Of a stretch of DNA of 64,000 nucleotides, positions 19,531 to 29,873 are shown one piece after another. Position 1 is the stretch's first letter. Each line of letters begins with the position of its first letter. The position numbers and the translations under genes were made by a program. The notes beneath the pieces were generated by a model, which worked only from the letters and a program-made list of their open reading frames with translations, was not told where the DNA came from and did not search any database. The DNA comes from Gemmatimonadota bacterium. Lineage in GTDB: Bacteria; Gemmatimonadota; Gemmatimonadetes; Longimicrobiales; Gaopeijiaceae. Location of the stretch: contig JBDHHQ010000018.1 in the NCBI GenBank assembly GCA_039589315.1, positions 1 to 64,000 on the forward strand. Reading direction: 5' to 3'.

Positions 19531-19546
19531 TGCATGCAGCGTGCCA
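19531..19546 (-). promoter_or_regulatory. sigma54 (-24/-12) promoter for hsp20
   Basis: Minus strand TGGCACGCTGCATGCA vs consensus TGGCACG-N4-TTGCW: one mismatch, exact GG-N10-GC spacing. Confidence 0.7.
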
Positions 19547-19736
19547 CTCGAATTCGGGTGAAACTCTGCCAAAATGATGGTGTCAAAGAGCTTATGATAC
19601 AGAACGGACTGCCATTCAGGCTCCCCGTACGTCATTTCGACAAGGGTTCTGCCGGAGAGACGGGCACACCGGCCGCCACCCTGGCGAGGGCGAGGCCGTG
19701 CCGTTCCGCTACAGCCCTGACTCGGAGGTCCGAATC

Positions 19737-20810
19737 ATGATGAACCGGGTGCCCGAGCCCATCGAGGTGGGCGTGCTCGGTGCTACGGGAACCGTCGGCA
19801 GCCTGCTGGTTCGGATGCTGGATGGGCACCCGTGGTTTCGGCTGAGGGAAGTCGGGGCCTCGCCTGCTTCGGCGGGGATGCCCCTGGGTGACCGAACGCC
19901 CGCGGATTCGCTGGGGCCGCTGTCGATGGAGGCGTCCGGACTGGTTCTCAAGGCCCTGGACGACGAGTGGTCGTCGCCGCTGCTTCTTTCTGCGCTGCCC
20001 TCGAGCGCAGCTCGTCCAATCGAGGCGCTGCTGGCCGAGCGGGGACACCTCGTGGTCAGCAACGCCTCGGCGTACCGGCAGGACCCGGTGGTCCCACTGA
20101 TCATCCCGGAGGTCAACCCCGACCACCTGCGACTGCTCGAGGCGCAGGCGGACCGGTGGCCCGGCGGCATCGTCACCAACCCCAACTGTGTCACCGCCGG
20201 GTTGGCGACGGCCCTGGCCCCACTCCACCGGGCTTTTGGCCTGGAGACGGTCATCGCCACGTCCATGCAGGCCATCTCGGGAGCTGGTCGGCCCGGACCC
20301 GCGGCGGCGGAGCTCACGGACAACGTGATCCCGTTCATCGCCGACGAGGAAGAGAAGATCGCCGAGGAGTCCCAGAAGATCCTCGGCCACCGGAATCCTG
20401 ACCGTATCGTGCATGGCGACTTCGTCGTCTCCGCCCATGCGAACCGAGTCCCGGTCCTCCATGGGCACCTCGTGGCGGTCTCGGCGTCGTTCCGGAACGG
20501 GGCCAGCCCCGAAGACGTCGAGGCGGCGTTCACGTCGTTCGAGCCACCCGAGGAGGCCCGAGGACTGCCCAGCGCGCCGGAGCGGCCCATCGAGCTGATT
20601 CCGGGCAATGCCCGGCCCCAGCCGCGCCTCGATCGGGACCGGGGCCAAGGTATGGTCGTGACAGTGGGAAGGGTGCGCCCATGCCCTGCGCTTCACGTAC
20701 GCTTCCTCGTGCTTGCCCACAACCTGATCCGGGGCGCTGCCGGTGCGGCGCTCCTGAACGCAGAGCTCTGTCACGCCGTTGGCGTGACCTCCCGGATGTT
20801 GGCCCGATGA
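19737..20810 (+). CDS. asd: aspartate-semialdehyde dehydrogenase
   Basis: VLGATGTVG, SNASAYR, PEVN, catalytic NPNC, QAISGAG, HN.IRGAAG; GGAGG RBS. Confidence 0.94.
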   Translation: MMNRVPEPIEVGVLGATGTVGSLLVRMLDGHPWFRLREVGASPASAGMPLGDRTPADSLGPLSMEASGLVLKALDDEWSSPLLLSALPSSAARPIEALLAERGHLVVSNASAYRQDPVVPLIIPEVNPDHLRLLEAQADRWPGGIVTNPNCVTAGLATALAPLHRAFGLETVIATSMQAISGAGRPGPAAAELTDNVIPFIADEEEKIAEESQKILGHRNPDRIVHGDFVVSAHANRVPVLHGHLVAVSASFRNGASPEDVEAAFTSFEPPEEARGLPSAPERPIELIPGNARPQPRLDRDRGQGMVVTVGRVRPCPALHVRFLVLAHNLIRGAAGAALLNAELCHAVGVTSRMLAR

Positions 20811-22339
20811 CACCCTGGCCCACGGAGGTCGTGGAGGGCGGCACGCCGGTGGAGCGGCCCAGGCCGGCTCCGGCGAGCGACGCTCTCGGGGCGGCCGTGA
20901 TCGTTCACAAGTTCGGCGGCACGTCACTGGCGGACGCGCAACGCATCGGTCACGCCGCCGACCTCGTGGCCGCCGGGCCAGCGCAGGCCGTCGTGGTCGT
21001 GTCCGCCACCGCCGGAACGACCGACCAGCTCGCCGCCCTGATCGGTTGCCACCAGAGTGGCGACACGGACGGGATCCGAGCCGCCGTGGAGCACTTGCGC
21101 GACCGGCACCTGGGGGCGGCGCGGGCTCTGACCCCCGGCCTCGAAGACCTGCTGGCGGTGGAGGCTCGGACCGATCAGGTCCTGACCCGTCTGGAGGGTG
21201 TCCTCACGGCACCGGCCGCGGCCACAGGAGCGGCCGATCCGGTGCTCCACGCTCGCCTCGCCGACGAGGTGACCTCGGCGGGAGAGGATCTATCGGCGGA
21301 GCTCATGGCCGCCGCCCTCGACGCGCGGGGCCGTCCGGCTCGGGTGGTCGACGCACGGACGCTGATTCGGAGCGATACCCGCTTCGGTCATGCCAGTCCG
21401 TTGGAAGACATCACGCAGCAGCAGATCAAGGACGCCATCGAGCCGCTGCTCGCCGAGGGCGTAGTGCCGGTGATCCAGGGCTTCGTGGCCGCCACCGTGA
21501 GCGGGGTGACCACCACGCTGGGTCGGGGCGGCTCCGACCTCACCGCAGCGATCCTGGGGTCGTCCCTCGGCGCGACGGAAGTCTGGATCTGGACCGACGT
21601 CGACGGCATGCTATCGGCGGATCCCCGGGCCGTGGCCGGAGCACGGCACATCGCAGAGATCGGGTTCGAGGAGGCCGTGGAGCTGGCCTATTTCGGGGCC
21701 AAGGTCATCCACCCCAGGGCAGCCCAGTGGGCGGTGTCCCATGGCCTGTCGCTCCGGATCCGTAACTCGTTCGATCCAGGTGGGCGGGAGACCCGGATCC
21801 GGTGGGACCGCAGGGGCTCGCCGGAGGTGGCCGCGGTGGCGTACAAGCCCGGCGTCATCCTCATCAAGGTCCGAGCTCACGCCGCCTCGTTGCCCTACGG
21901 CTTCCTGGCGCGGGTGTTCGAGGTGCTCGCCCGACACGAGCTCCCGGTGGACCTGGTGGCTACCTCCCATTCGTCGACGGCTTTCACCATCGACGAGGAC
22001 GAGGAAGTGACCCAGGTGGGCGTGGAGCTCAACGAGTTCGCGGACGTCGAAGTCGTACGCAGGTTGGCCACGGTCACCGTGGTCGGCCATGGACTCCTGC
22101 AGGAGCCGGGCGTGAGCGGACGCATGTTCGAGGCCGTGGGAAGCACGCCCATCCATCTGATCAGCCAGGCGTCGGACGTGAGCGTGAGCTTCCTCGTGGA
22201 CCAGGAACGGGCACCCGCCGTGGTGCAGCGCATCCACGACCGCCTCGTCGAGAGGCGGAGCCCGGAGCAGCCGTCGCTGGACCCGTCGAGGCCACCAGAC
22301 CCGTCGGTGCGGGCCTTGGCCAGGGATCCCTCGCCGTGA
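20807..22339 (+). CDS. lysC: aspartate kinase
   Basis: KFGGTS, TTLGRGGSD, WTDVDG, ELAYFGAKVIHP, two ACT-like domains; ATGA overlap with asd. Confidence 0.94.
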   Translation: MTPWPTEVVEGGTPVERPRPAPASDALGAAVIVHKFGGTSLADAQRIGHAADLVAAGPAQAVVVVSATAGTTDQLAALIGCHQSGDTDGIRAAVEHLRDRHLGAARALTPGLEDLLAVEARTDQVLTRLEGVLTAPAAATGAADPVLHARLADEVTSAGEDLSAELMAAALDARGRPARVVDARTLIRSDTRFGHASPLEDITQQQIKDAIEPLLAEGVVPVIQGFVAATVSGVTTTLGRGGSDLTAAILGSSLGATEVWIWTDVDGMLSADPRAVAGARHIAEIGFEEAVELAYFGAKVIHPRAAQWAVSHGLSLRIRNSFDPGGRETRIRWDRRGSPEVAAVAYKPGVILIKVRAHAASLPYGFLARVFEVLARHELPVDLVATSHSSTAFTIDEDEEVTQVGVELNEFADVEVVRRLATVTVVGHGLLQEPGVSGRMFEAVGSTPIHLISQASDVSVSFLVDQERAPAVVQRIHDRLVERRSPEQPSLDPSRPPDPSVRALARDPSP

Positions 22340-23091
22340 ACCTGGCGCTGATGGGTTGCGGCCGAATGGGCAAGGTCGTCGAGGCGCTCGCGCCGCGGCT
22401 GGACCACACGGTGGTGGCGTGGGTCGACTCCACGAGCCACCGGGAGGGGCTCGGCGTGGCCGCCATGCTCGCTTCCGGCGCCGAGGTGGCCATCGACTTC
22501 ACGACCGCGGACGCGGTGGTGGAAAACGTGCGGGCGGCCACGGGCGTCGGACTCGACGTGGTGGTGGGCACGACCGGGTGGTACGACCGTCTCGCCGAGG
22601 TGGAGGGTATCGTCGAAGCCTCTGGCAGGGGACTGATCTACGCGCCCAACTTCTCGTTGGGCGTGCAGCTTTTCGCCCGCCTTGCACGCCATGCCGCTCG
22701 GCTGGCCGAGAGGGCCGGAGACTACGACGTGCACGTGAGCGAGGCGCATCACCGCCACAAGGCGGATCATCCCAGCGGCACCGCCGTTCGGTTGGCCCAG
22801 GGGCTCGTCGACGAGCTCTCCGGGAAGGACCGGTGGTCCGCCGGCCTTCCGGAAGGCCCCGTGGACCCGTCAGTGCTCCAGGTCTCGGTCGTCCGGGCGG
22901 GTGAGGAGCCCGGCACGCACACGGTGGGACTGGACGGCCCCGACGATCGTATCGAGCTCCGGCACCGCGCCCGGGACAGAGCTGGCTTCGCCCGTGGCGC
23001 GCTGGCGGCGGCAGAGTGGATCCGGGGGCGGCCGGGCCTCTACACCCTGGACCACATGATGGCTGAGCGTTTCGGCCCTGAAGGAGGATGA
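22336..23091 (+). CDS. dapB: 4-hydroxy-tetrahydrodipicolinate reductase
   Basis: GCGRMG, IDFT, VVGTTG, APNFSLG, EAHHRHKADHPSGTA; GTGA overlap with lysC. Confidence 0.95.
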   Translation: MNLALMGCGRMGKVVEALAPRLDHTVVAWVDSTSHREGLGVAAMLASGAEVAIDFTTADAVVENVRAATGVGLDVVVGTTGWYDRLAEVEGIVEASGRGLIYAPNFSLGVQLFARLARHAARLAERAGDYDVHVSEAHHRHKADHPSGTAVRLAQGLVDELSGKDRWSAGLPEGPVDPSVLQVSVVRAGEEPGTHTVGLDGPDDRIELRHRARDRAGFARGALAAAEWIRGRPGLYTLDHMMAERFGPEGG

Positions 23092-23984
23092 CCATGGCGG
23101 CAGGGCGCTGGAGGGGCCTGGGCGTGGCGCTCGTGACTCCATTTCACGAGGACGGGTCTCCGGATCTGGAGGGCTTCGCGCAACACGTCGAGTTCCAGAT
23201 CGAGGGGGGCGTAGACTTCCTGGTTCCGTGCGGGACGACCGGCGAGAGCGCCACGCTGGATGACGCCGAGCAGCGGGCGGTCATCGAGGCGGCGGTTGCC
23301 GCGGCGGCTGGCCGGGTCCCGGTGATGGCAGGAGCGGGGACCAACGATACCGAGCACGCGACCCGGCTGGCCCGGAGCGCGCGAGCCGCGGGCGCCGACG
23401 GAGTGCTGTCGGTGAGCCCGTACTACAACAAGCCCTCGCCCGAAGGCCTGTTCCGCCATTATGAGGCGGTGGCGGAAGCGGCCGAGATCCCCCTCGTCGT
23501 GTACAACGTGCCGGGCAGGACTGGCGGCAACATCGACCCGGCCACGCTCTTTCGCATCGCCGAGATCGAGAACGTCGTGGGCGTGAAGGAGGCGTCGGGG
23601 AATCTCGAGCAGATCATGACCGTCCTCCAGGGGCGACCCGACGGGCTTGTCGTCCTCTCCGGCGACGACGCGCTGACGCTTCCCATCGTGGCCGCCGGAG
23701 GCGACGGTGTGATCTCGGTCGTCTCCAACGAAGCGCCGGACCTCATGTCGGCCCTGGTGTCCTCGGCACTGGCCGGAGACATTGCCGCGGCCCGTCAGGC
23801 GCACTACCGCCTCTACCCCCTGATGAAGGCGAACTTCGTCGAGACGAACCCCGTGCCCGTGAAGACGGCGCTCCAGATGATGGGGCGCATGGACGCCCGC
23901 TTCCGCTTGCCGCTGGCTCCCATGACGGAGACGAATGCGGACGCGTTGGAGGACGCGCTCGTGGCGGCGGGGCTTCTGGAATGA
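23088..23984 (+). CDS. dapA: 4-hydroxy-tetrahydrodipicolinate synthase
   Basis: GTTGES, PYYNKP, YNVPGRTG, GVKEASG, SGDD, ETNPVPVK. Confidence 0.96.
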   Translation: MTMAAGRWRGLGVALVTPFHEDGSPDLEGFAQHVEFQIEGGVDFLVPCGTTGESATLDDAEQRAVIEAAVAAAAGRVPVMAGAGTNDTEHATRLARSARAAGADGVLSVSPYYNKPSPEGLFRHYEAVAEAAEIPLVVYNVPGRTGGNIDPATLFRIAEIENVVGVKEASGNLEQIMTVLQGRPDGLVVLSGDDALTLPIVAAGGDGVISVVSNEAPDLMSALVSSALAGDIAAARQAHYRLYPLMKANFVETNPVPVKTALQMMGRMDARFRLPLAPMTETNADALEDALVAAGLLE

Positions 23985-24050
23985 CGGGGCCGGCTGAGAG
24001 GGAGCTGTCTGAATGGCAATAGACGACTCGATAGCGGTGGGCCTCCCCGA

Positions 24051-24893
24051 ATGAGCGAGCTGGACGAGCTGCGCGCCGAGATCGAAGCACTCGCCGAAGA
24101 GGCCACGCCTGTCGACGGTGACGCGGCCCGCAGCGCCGTCCGCCGCCTTCTGGACGCCCTCGAGACCGGTGCGATTCGCGCCGCCCGCAAGGGTCCTGAC
24201 GGGTGGCAGGCCGTGGAGTGGGTCAAAGCCGGCATCCTGTTGGCGTTCCGGGTCGGTCGCACGCGCCGGTTCGCGGACCTCGGACCCGACTTCTTCGACC
24301 GCGACACCCTCCCACTCCGAAAGACTCGGGGTGTGGAGGAGAACATCCGCATCGTCCCCGGCGGGACCACCGTGCGTGCGGGTGCCTACCTGGCGCCCAA
24401 CGTGGTGATCATGCCGCCGGCCTACGTCAACGTGGGCGCCTGGGTGGGTGCGGGCACCATGGTGGACTCCCACGCACTGGTCGGGTCGTGCGCCCAGGTG
24501 GGCGAGCGGGTGCACCTGAGCGCCGGCGCACAGCTCGGTGGGGTGCTCGAGCCGGTGGGCATGCGCCCCGTGATCGTGGAGGACGACGTCATGGTCGGCG
24601 CCAACACGGGCCTCTTCGAGGGGACGCTGGTCGAGACCCGGGCCGTCCTGGCTCCGGGCGTCAACCTGACCGCGTCGACGCCCCTATTCGACCTGGTGCG
24701 TGGCGAGATCCGGCGGGCGGGTCCGGCCAATCCGCTGACGGTGCCGGCCGGCGCGGTGGTCGTGCCCGGAACGCGGCCCGCGTCCAGCGACTTCGCCCGG
24801 GCCCACGGGGTCGAGGTCTACGCGCCCGTGATCGTGAAGTACCGGGACGAGCGCACCGACGCGGCCACCGCCCTGGAGGAAGCGCTCCGGTAG
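24051..24893 (+). CDS. dapD: tetrahydrodipicolinate N-succinyltransferase
   Basis: WVKAGILLAFR, RIVPGG, YVNVGAWVG.GTMVDSH..VGSCAQVG, GGVLEP. Confidence 0.95.
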   Translation: MSELDELRAEIEALAEEATPVDGDAARSAVRRLLDALETGAIRAARKGPDGWQAVEWVKAGILLAFRVGRTRRFADLGPDFFDRDTLPLRKTRGVEENIRIVPGGTTVRAGAYLAPNVVIMPPAYVNVGAWVGAGTMVDSHALVGSCAQVGERVHLSAGAQLGGVLEPVGMRPVIVEDDVMVGANTGLFEGTLVETRAVLAPGVNLTASTPLFDLVRGEIRRAGPANPLTVPAGAVVVPGTRPASSDFARAHGVEVYAPVIVKYRDERTDAATALEEALR

Positions 24894-24960
24894 CGGTGGC
24901 GCGTCGACAGTCCGAGGGCCGCCGAGACCGTCAGCCGATGCGTGGCCGGCAGGCCGCCCC

Positions 24961-25344
24961 TCAGGAGTCCGGTCTCGCCTCTATCGTGACCAGGGCGCCC
25001 GCCTCGGCCTCGGCGCCGCCGGAACGCGCCAGAGCGGTGATCTGGGCGGCGCCCGCGGAGACCCCGGTCACCAGCCCGCTCGAGCTCACCTCGGCGATCT
25101 CCGCGTTGCTCGTGGACCAGACGATCGACGCGCTTACGATCTCACTGCCGTCCGCCGCGAAGACGGTGGCCGTGAGCTGGGCGGTCTCTCCCTCCAGGAT
25201 ATTGCGTGTGAGCGGCGTCACGACCACTTGGGCCACGGGGGGTCCACTCACCACCAGGCCGCCCTCGTTCGAGCCGCCGCATCCGGCCAGGGTGACCAGC
25301 GCCAGGAGGGAGCCCGCGATGGGGCCTGCGAGGCGCTCCATCAT
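24961..25344 (-). CDS. Small lipoprotein with a bacterial Ig-like (Big_2) domain
   Basis: Lipobox LAGC; WSTSNAEIAEVSSSGLVTGVSAG. Confidence 0.8.
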   Translation of the reverse strand: MMERLAGPIAGSLLALVTLAGCGGSNEGGLVVSGPPVAQVVVTPLTRNILEGETAQLTATVFAADGSEIVSASIVWSTSNAEIAEVSSSGLVTGVSAGAAQITALARSGGAEAEAGALVTIEARPDS

Positions 25345-25356
25345 GTCTCGTCTCCG

Positions 25357-26958
25357 TCAGGGGTAGTGGGCGACCGGGAGCACCACCGTGTTCTCGGCCA
25401 CCGGCGACGTCTCCGGGTGATCGATGGTGTAGTGGAGGCCGCGGCTCTCCTTGCGGCGCCTCGCGCTCTGCACGATCAGCCACGCCACCTGGACCAGATT
25501 CCGGAGCTCCAGAAGGTCCTTGTTGGGGATCACACCCCAGTAGTACTCCTGCACCTCCTGTGCCAGGTTCGCGATCCGCCGCTCCGCCCGCTCCAGCCGC
25601 CTGTCGCTCCGAACGATGCCCACGTAGTTGCTCATCACGCGTCGCACCTCGTCCCAGTTGTGCGCCACGATGATCTGCTCGTCCGGGGGCACGGCGTCGC
25701 CGTATTCCCAGTCGAGTCGGCCGTCCTCGGGCACGGCAGGGACCCGGAGCTCCCCCGCCAGGACGTCGTCCGCCGCGAAAGCGCCGAAGGCCAAACACTC
25801 CAGAAGGCTGTTGGACGCCATCCGGTTTGCGCCGTGAAAGCCGGTGAAGGCCACCTCGCCGATGGCGTACAGCCCAGGGAGGTCCGTGCGTCCGTTCTCG
25901 TCCGCCCACACGCCGCCGCACTGGTAGTGTGCCGCGGGCACCACCGGGACCGGCTCGTTCACCAGGTCGAAGCCGTAGCGGGCACAGGCGTCCACGAGGG
26001 TGGGAAAGCGGTCGCGGATTATCGACCGGGGCTTGTGGCTGATGTCCAGGTATACGCAGTCGGAGCCGCTCCGCTTGATCTCGGCGTCGATGGCACGGGC
26101 CACGATGTCCCTCGGCGCGAGCTCCGCCATCTCGTGCACGTCCTCCATGAAGCGGCGCCCGTCCTCGCCCAACAGCACGCCTCCTTCTCCGCGGACGGCT
26201 TCGGATATGAGGAAGCTCTTCGCCTCCGGATGATAGAGGCACGTCGGATGGAACTGGGTGAACTCCATGTTCACCACCGAGCAGCCCGCCCGGTACGCCA
26301 TGGCCACGCCGTCGCCGGTCGCGACGTCGGGGTTGGAGGTGTAGAGGTAGACCTTGCCCGAGCCGCCCGTGGCCAGGATCGTCACGGACGCGAGGAGGGG
26401 CTCGATGAGATTGGTGCCGGTATCCAACAGGTAGGCCCCGAGACAGCGGTCCTCCCGCTGTTTGAACCGCCGCCGGGCAGTGATCAGGTCGACGGCCATG
26501 CTGTGCTCGATCAGCCGGATGCCCGGATGCTCCCGGGCCCGCTCGAGGAGCACGCGCCCGATGCCGGGCCCCGTCATGTCTCCCACGTGGAGCACCCGCC
26601 GCAGCCCGTGGCCACCCTCCCGGCCCAGGTCGTACTCGCCTTGGTCCTGTCGGTCGAACTCGACGCCCCAGGCCTCGAGATCGAAAACGAGCCCGGGAGC
26701 GGCCTCCACGACCCTGCGCGCGACCTGCGCGTTCACCAGGCCGGCCCCAGCAGCCTCGGTGTCGGAGATGTGCCGCTCGAAGGAGTCCTCCGACGTCACC
26801 ACGGCGGCGATCCCGCCCTGGGCCCACCACGTGTTGCTGGCCGGGAATTCGGTCTTGGTGACCACCGTGACCTGCTGGCGACCGGCCACCCGCAGGGCGA
26901 GGCTGAGGCCGGCCAGGCCGCCGCCCAGCACCAGGACGTCGGTGCGCTCGAAGCTCAT
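25357..26958 (-). CDS. nadB: L-aspartate oxidase
   Basis: GGGLAG, AQGGIAA, REGGH..RRVLH, QFHPT, LISEAVRGEG, HGANRMASNSLLE, ESRGLHY. Confidence 0.96.
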   Translation of the reverse strand: MSFERTDVLVLGGGLAGLSLALRVAGRQQVTVVTKTEFPASNTWWAQGGIAAVVTSEDSFERHISDTEAAGAGLVNAQVARRVVEAAPGLVFDLEAWGVEFDRQDQGEYDLGREGGHGLRRVLHVGDMTGPGIGRVLLERAREHPGIRLIEHSMAVDLITARRRFKQREDRCLGAYLLDTGTNLIEPLLASVTILATGGSGKVYLYTSNPDVATGDGVAMAYRAGCSVVNMEFTQFHPTCLYHPEAKSFLISEAVRGEGGVLLGEDGRRFMEDVHEMAELAPRDIVARAIDAEIKRSGSDCVYLDISHKPRSIIRDRFPTLVDACARYGFDLVNEPVPVVPAAHYQCGGVWADENGRTDLPGLYAIGEVAFTGFHGANRMASNSLLECLAFGAFAADDVLAGELRVPAVPEDGRLDWEYGDAVPPDEQIIVAHNWDEVRRVMSNYVGIVRSDRRLERAERRIANLAQEVQEYYWGVIPNKDLLELRNLVQVAWLIVQSARRRKESRGLHYTIDHPETSPVAENTVVLPVAHYP

Positions 26959-27025
26959 AGGTCGGGGCTGTCGGTTGGGGTGGGCCGGGGGCTGAGCCCC
27001 CGGAGCGGTCGCAGCGAGTACCCCC

Positions 27026-29152
27026 CTAGAAGACCGTGCGATCCTCCAGGTGCGCCTCGATCTCGGAGCGGGTGCGCCAGACGGGCCGTAGCTCCTTGCC
27101 GGAGAAGTAGCGCAGCTGATCGGTCCTGTGGGGCGAACCAGGCTGGGAAGCGTTGCCGTAACCGATCAATGCCATGGCGCGCACCGGATCCGAGAACTCC
27201 ACTGCGGCGACGTAGCTGTCGCCGCCCATGATCTCGAACCGGCCGTTGCCCTGATCACGGTACCAGGCCGCTCGAAAAACGCCCACCGGGTCGGCAAAGC
27301 CGTTGCCAGGCAGATCGAGGTCGTCCCGCTGAAGTCGGTAGACGTGTCCGAACGCCACGGCCAGCTGTCCGTACCGGTCCCGTACCGCAGCGGCGGCCGC
27401 CTCCAGGGCGCTCACCGCCACGTCGGCGTTGGCCAGGCCGTTGGGCGTCTCCAGCGGGCGGTCCGGGTCCCAGCCGTGGGCGAAGATCTGGTCGAACCCA
27501 CCGCTCCTCCGCGACAGCTCCTGGGCCCAGGCCAGGAAGAGGACGGCACCGCGGCTGTCCGCGTCGGCGAGCCTGTCCCAGCGCTCCAGCACGTCCGCAG
27601 CGTTTCTGGCGGTCGGGGATCCTCGGGTCCGGGCCAGGGGGAGCAGCTCAGGCAGGAGCCGGTCCGCGAGCTCGATCCTCGTGGAGTGCTTGTACGTGAC
27701 CAGCTCCTCGAAGGAGAGCGCCTCGTCCTCGCGGAGCATGCGGGCGGAGCGTTGAGGTCGGAACGCCATCCCCCGAGGCGCCATGTAGTCGGGAAACGAT
27801 CGTGGGTCCAGTGCGCGGGGCAAGGTGGTGGTCCACGGGGGATCGTTGGCGTTTTGCAGCCATCCGGACTCGGGACTGAGCACGCGAGGGAGCTCCTCGT
27901 ACTGGTGGACGTCGTCCCACAGGGTGCCGTGGGTGGCGCCCGGGATGAGGCCCTGCCAGTAGGTAAAGTCACCCGCCTCGCGCTCGGGCACCCGCCCGTT
28001 GAACAGGTGCAGGATGTTGCCGTCCCGGTCGGCGTAGATGGTCGTGAACATGGGCAACTGCAACATGGCCATGGCCGCTTCGAACGACTCGAGGTCCCTC
28101 GCACGCAGCATGTCCCAGCTCTGGCGGAGCACTTGCGACGCGTCCAGCCCGGCGACCCGCAGCGCCACGGCCTCCTCGACGGTCTCGCCGATCACGGGTC
28201 CGTGCACGGACTCCCGTACGTTGAGCCATTCCTCCCTTGGGAGATCTCCCTCCTGGCGGATCTTCAGCAGCTCGGCGCGGACCTCGAAGGGCCGGGTCTC
28301 GCCATCCATGACGTAGCCGGTGCCATCCAGCTCGAGCAGGTAGACGTCGGCTCCGTCGTACGTGTTGACTGTGTGCGTCCAGCCGAGGTGGTCGTTGAAG
28401 GCGATGGGCAGGAGCGGCAGGCCTACGAGCACCGCACCATACGCGTCCACGCCGGGGCTCGTCAGCTGAGCCTCGAACCATGTGAAAAGCCCACGCCACG
28501 GAAGGTGGGGGTTGGCCAGGAGTAGCGCGTTGCCACTCATGGATCGCTCTGGCGCGATCGCCCAGGCGTTCGAGCCGGCGCGTGAAGGGGTGGGCCCAGG
28601 GAGACTGGCCGGCTGAGCCGCTTCCGCATCGATGGCCGCCAGCGCTGCTGCTGCGAAGCCTTGGGGCACGAGGCCCGGGTTGGACACGAACGTGAAGTGC
28701 ACGATCCGCTGGAGATGAGCGAGCACGTCCGTGGGCTCCACGGGGAGCACGCGACGGACCGAGGCGTCGATCCGGTCTCCGTTCTCCTCGGCCCAGGCAT
28801 TCATGCCCTCGGCGAAGGCGTCCAGGAAACCGCGAACCTCGCTGTCCTGAGCCTCGTACCACTCCGCCGCTCGGCCGGGGACGTCCATGGTCCGCACCCA
28901 CCAGTCGGACTGGAGGGCCTCCTCACCCCAGTACTCTGCGGCCCGGCCCCTGGCCTCGCCGTACAGCCGAAGCACGAGATTGGCATGGTTGTTCATCTGC
29001 GCCCAGCCGAATGCATGGAACAGAGCTTCATCGGTGGCGGCGAAGATGTGGGGGATGCCGTAATCGTCCCAGAGGATCTCGGTGGGCTGAGGCGCGCAGG
29101 CGGGTAGGAGGGCCACTACCACGGCGAGACCGATCGCACGGACGTGGGACAT
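27026..29152 (-). CDS. Penicillin/AHL acylase family Ntn-hydrolase, lipoprotein
   Basis: Lipobox LPAC; WDDYGIPHI; beta-subunit start GSNAWAI, LLANPHL, QNAND. Confidence 0.92.
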   Translation of the reverse strand: MSHVRAIGLAVVVALLPACAPQPTEILWDDYGIPHIFAATDEALFHAFGWAQMNNHANLVLRLYGEARGRAAEYWGEEALQSDWWVRTMDVPGRAAEWYEAQDSEVRGFLDAFAEGMNAWAEENGDRIDASVRRVLPVEPTDVLAHLQRIVHFTFVSNPGLVPQGFAAAALAAIDAEAAQPASLPGPTPSRAGSNAWAIAPERSMSGNALLLANPHLPWRGLFTWFEAQLTSPGVDAYGAVLVGLPLLPIAFNDHLGWTHTVNTYDGADVYLLELDGTGYVMDGETRPFEVRAELLKIRQEGDLPREEWLNVRESVHGPVIGETVEEAVALRVAGLDASQVLRQSWDMLRARDLESFEAAMAMLQLPMFTTIYADRDGNILHLFNGRVPEREAGDFTYWQGLIPGATHGTLWDDVHQYEELPRVLSPESGWLQNANDPPWTTTLPRALDPRSFPDYMAPRGMAFRPQRSARMLREDEALSFEELVTYKHSTRIELADRLLPELLPLARTRGSPTARNAADVLERWDRLADADSRGAVLFLAWAQELSRRSGGFDQIFAHGWDPDRPLETPNGLANADVAVSALEAAAAAVRDRYGQLAVAFGHVYRLQRDDLDLPGNGFADPVGVFRAAWYRDQGNGRFEIMGGDSYVAAVEFSDPVRAMALIGYGNASQPGSPHRTDQLRYFSGKELRPVWRTRSEIEAHLEDRTVF

Positions 29153-29411
29153 CAGTGTCCTTCCATGAGGGGTGCCAGGTAGCGGACGCACCGGCCCGCC
29201 CCCAACATGCAGACGCGCTTTCCCTACGCAAGGAAGAGACGCTTGGGTTCGCCCGGGAGTTGCCCGAGGTCCATGGTCTCTGACGTCGTGCACGCGCCGG
29301 GTCACCCCCGACGGCTGCCGGACCGGGCGGCCGTGATCCGGCCCGGCCACGCGGCGACCCTCCTCCCGACGGGGGGAGCGGGGTCGTCCGACGTGGCGTC
29401 CAGCGCCCGGG

Positions 29412-29873
29412 TCAGTCCGAGTAGGCCCACAGCAGCTCCCTGCTCCGTGGGTCCAGCTCAGCGGGATTCGGCACGTGGTACAGGTCCCCCGCAACGTCCC
29501 GTATCAACAATCCGCCGCCCGGCACCTCCCGGGGCCAGTCGTCAAGCCTGGTCTGGAAGGTCCGCGCACCCTGGCGCGTGTCCACCTGCCACGCCCGGAT
29601 CTCTACCTCGTCCTCCACACTGCGAATGGCCGTGACCTCGAGCACGAACCCGGCCTCTGCCAGCGCGCCCTCGAGTACGACTCGCGAGGCCTCATCCAGC
29701 TCCGCCAGCTCCGTGACCATGGCCAGCTCCCGCTCGTCGTCGTCCCGGAGCGAGACGAACCGCTCCGGCTCCGACCAGGGGAAGCACCGGTACACGCGCA
29801 CCGGGTCTGCCCGCCCGTTCCGCACGACCCAGAGCTGGCCGTCCACTCTCCGCTCCAACCTCAACTCGCTCAC
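29412..29873 (-). CDS. DUF1854-type protein
   Basis: VRVYRCFPWSEPERFVSL.D, W.VDTRQG.RTF, LLIRD..GDLY; AGGAGG upstream of GTG 29873; downstream of the ABC exporter. Confidence 0.8.
   Translation of the reverse strand: MSELRLERRVDGQLWVVRNGRADPVRVYRCFPWSEPERFVSLRDDDERELAMVTELAELDEASRVVLEGALAEAGFVLEVTAIRSVEDEVEIRAWQVDTRQGARTFQTRLDDWPREVPGGGLLIRDVAGDLYHVPNPAELDPRSRELLWAYSD

Noticed and set aside
19416..19736. Lysine riboswitch upstream of asd-lysC
   Set aside because: No recognisable L-box conserved elements or terminator.
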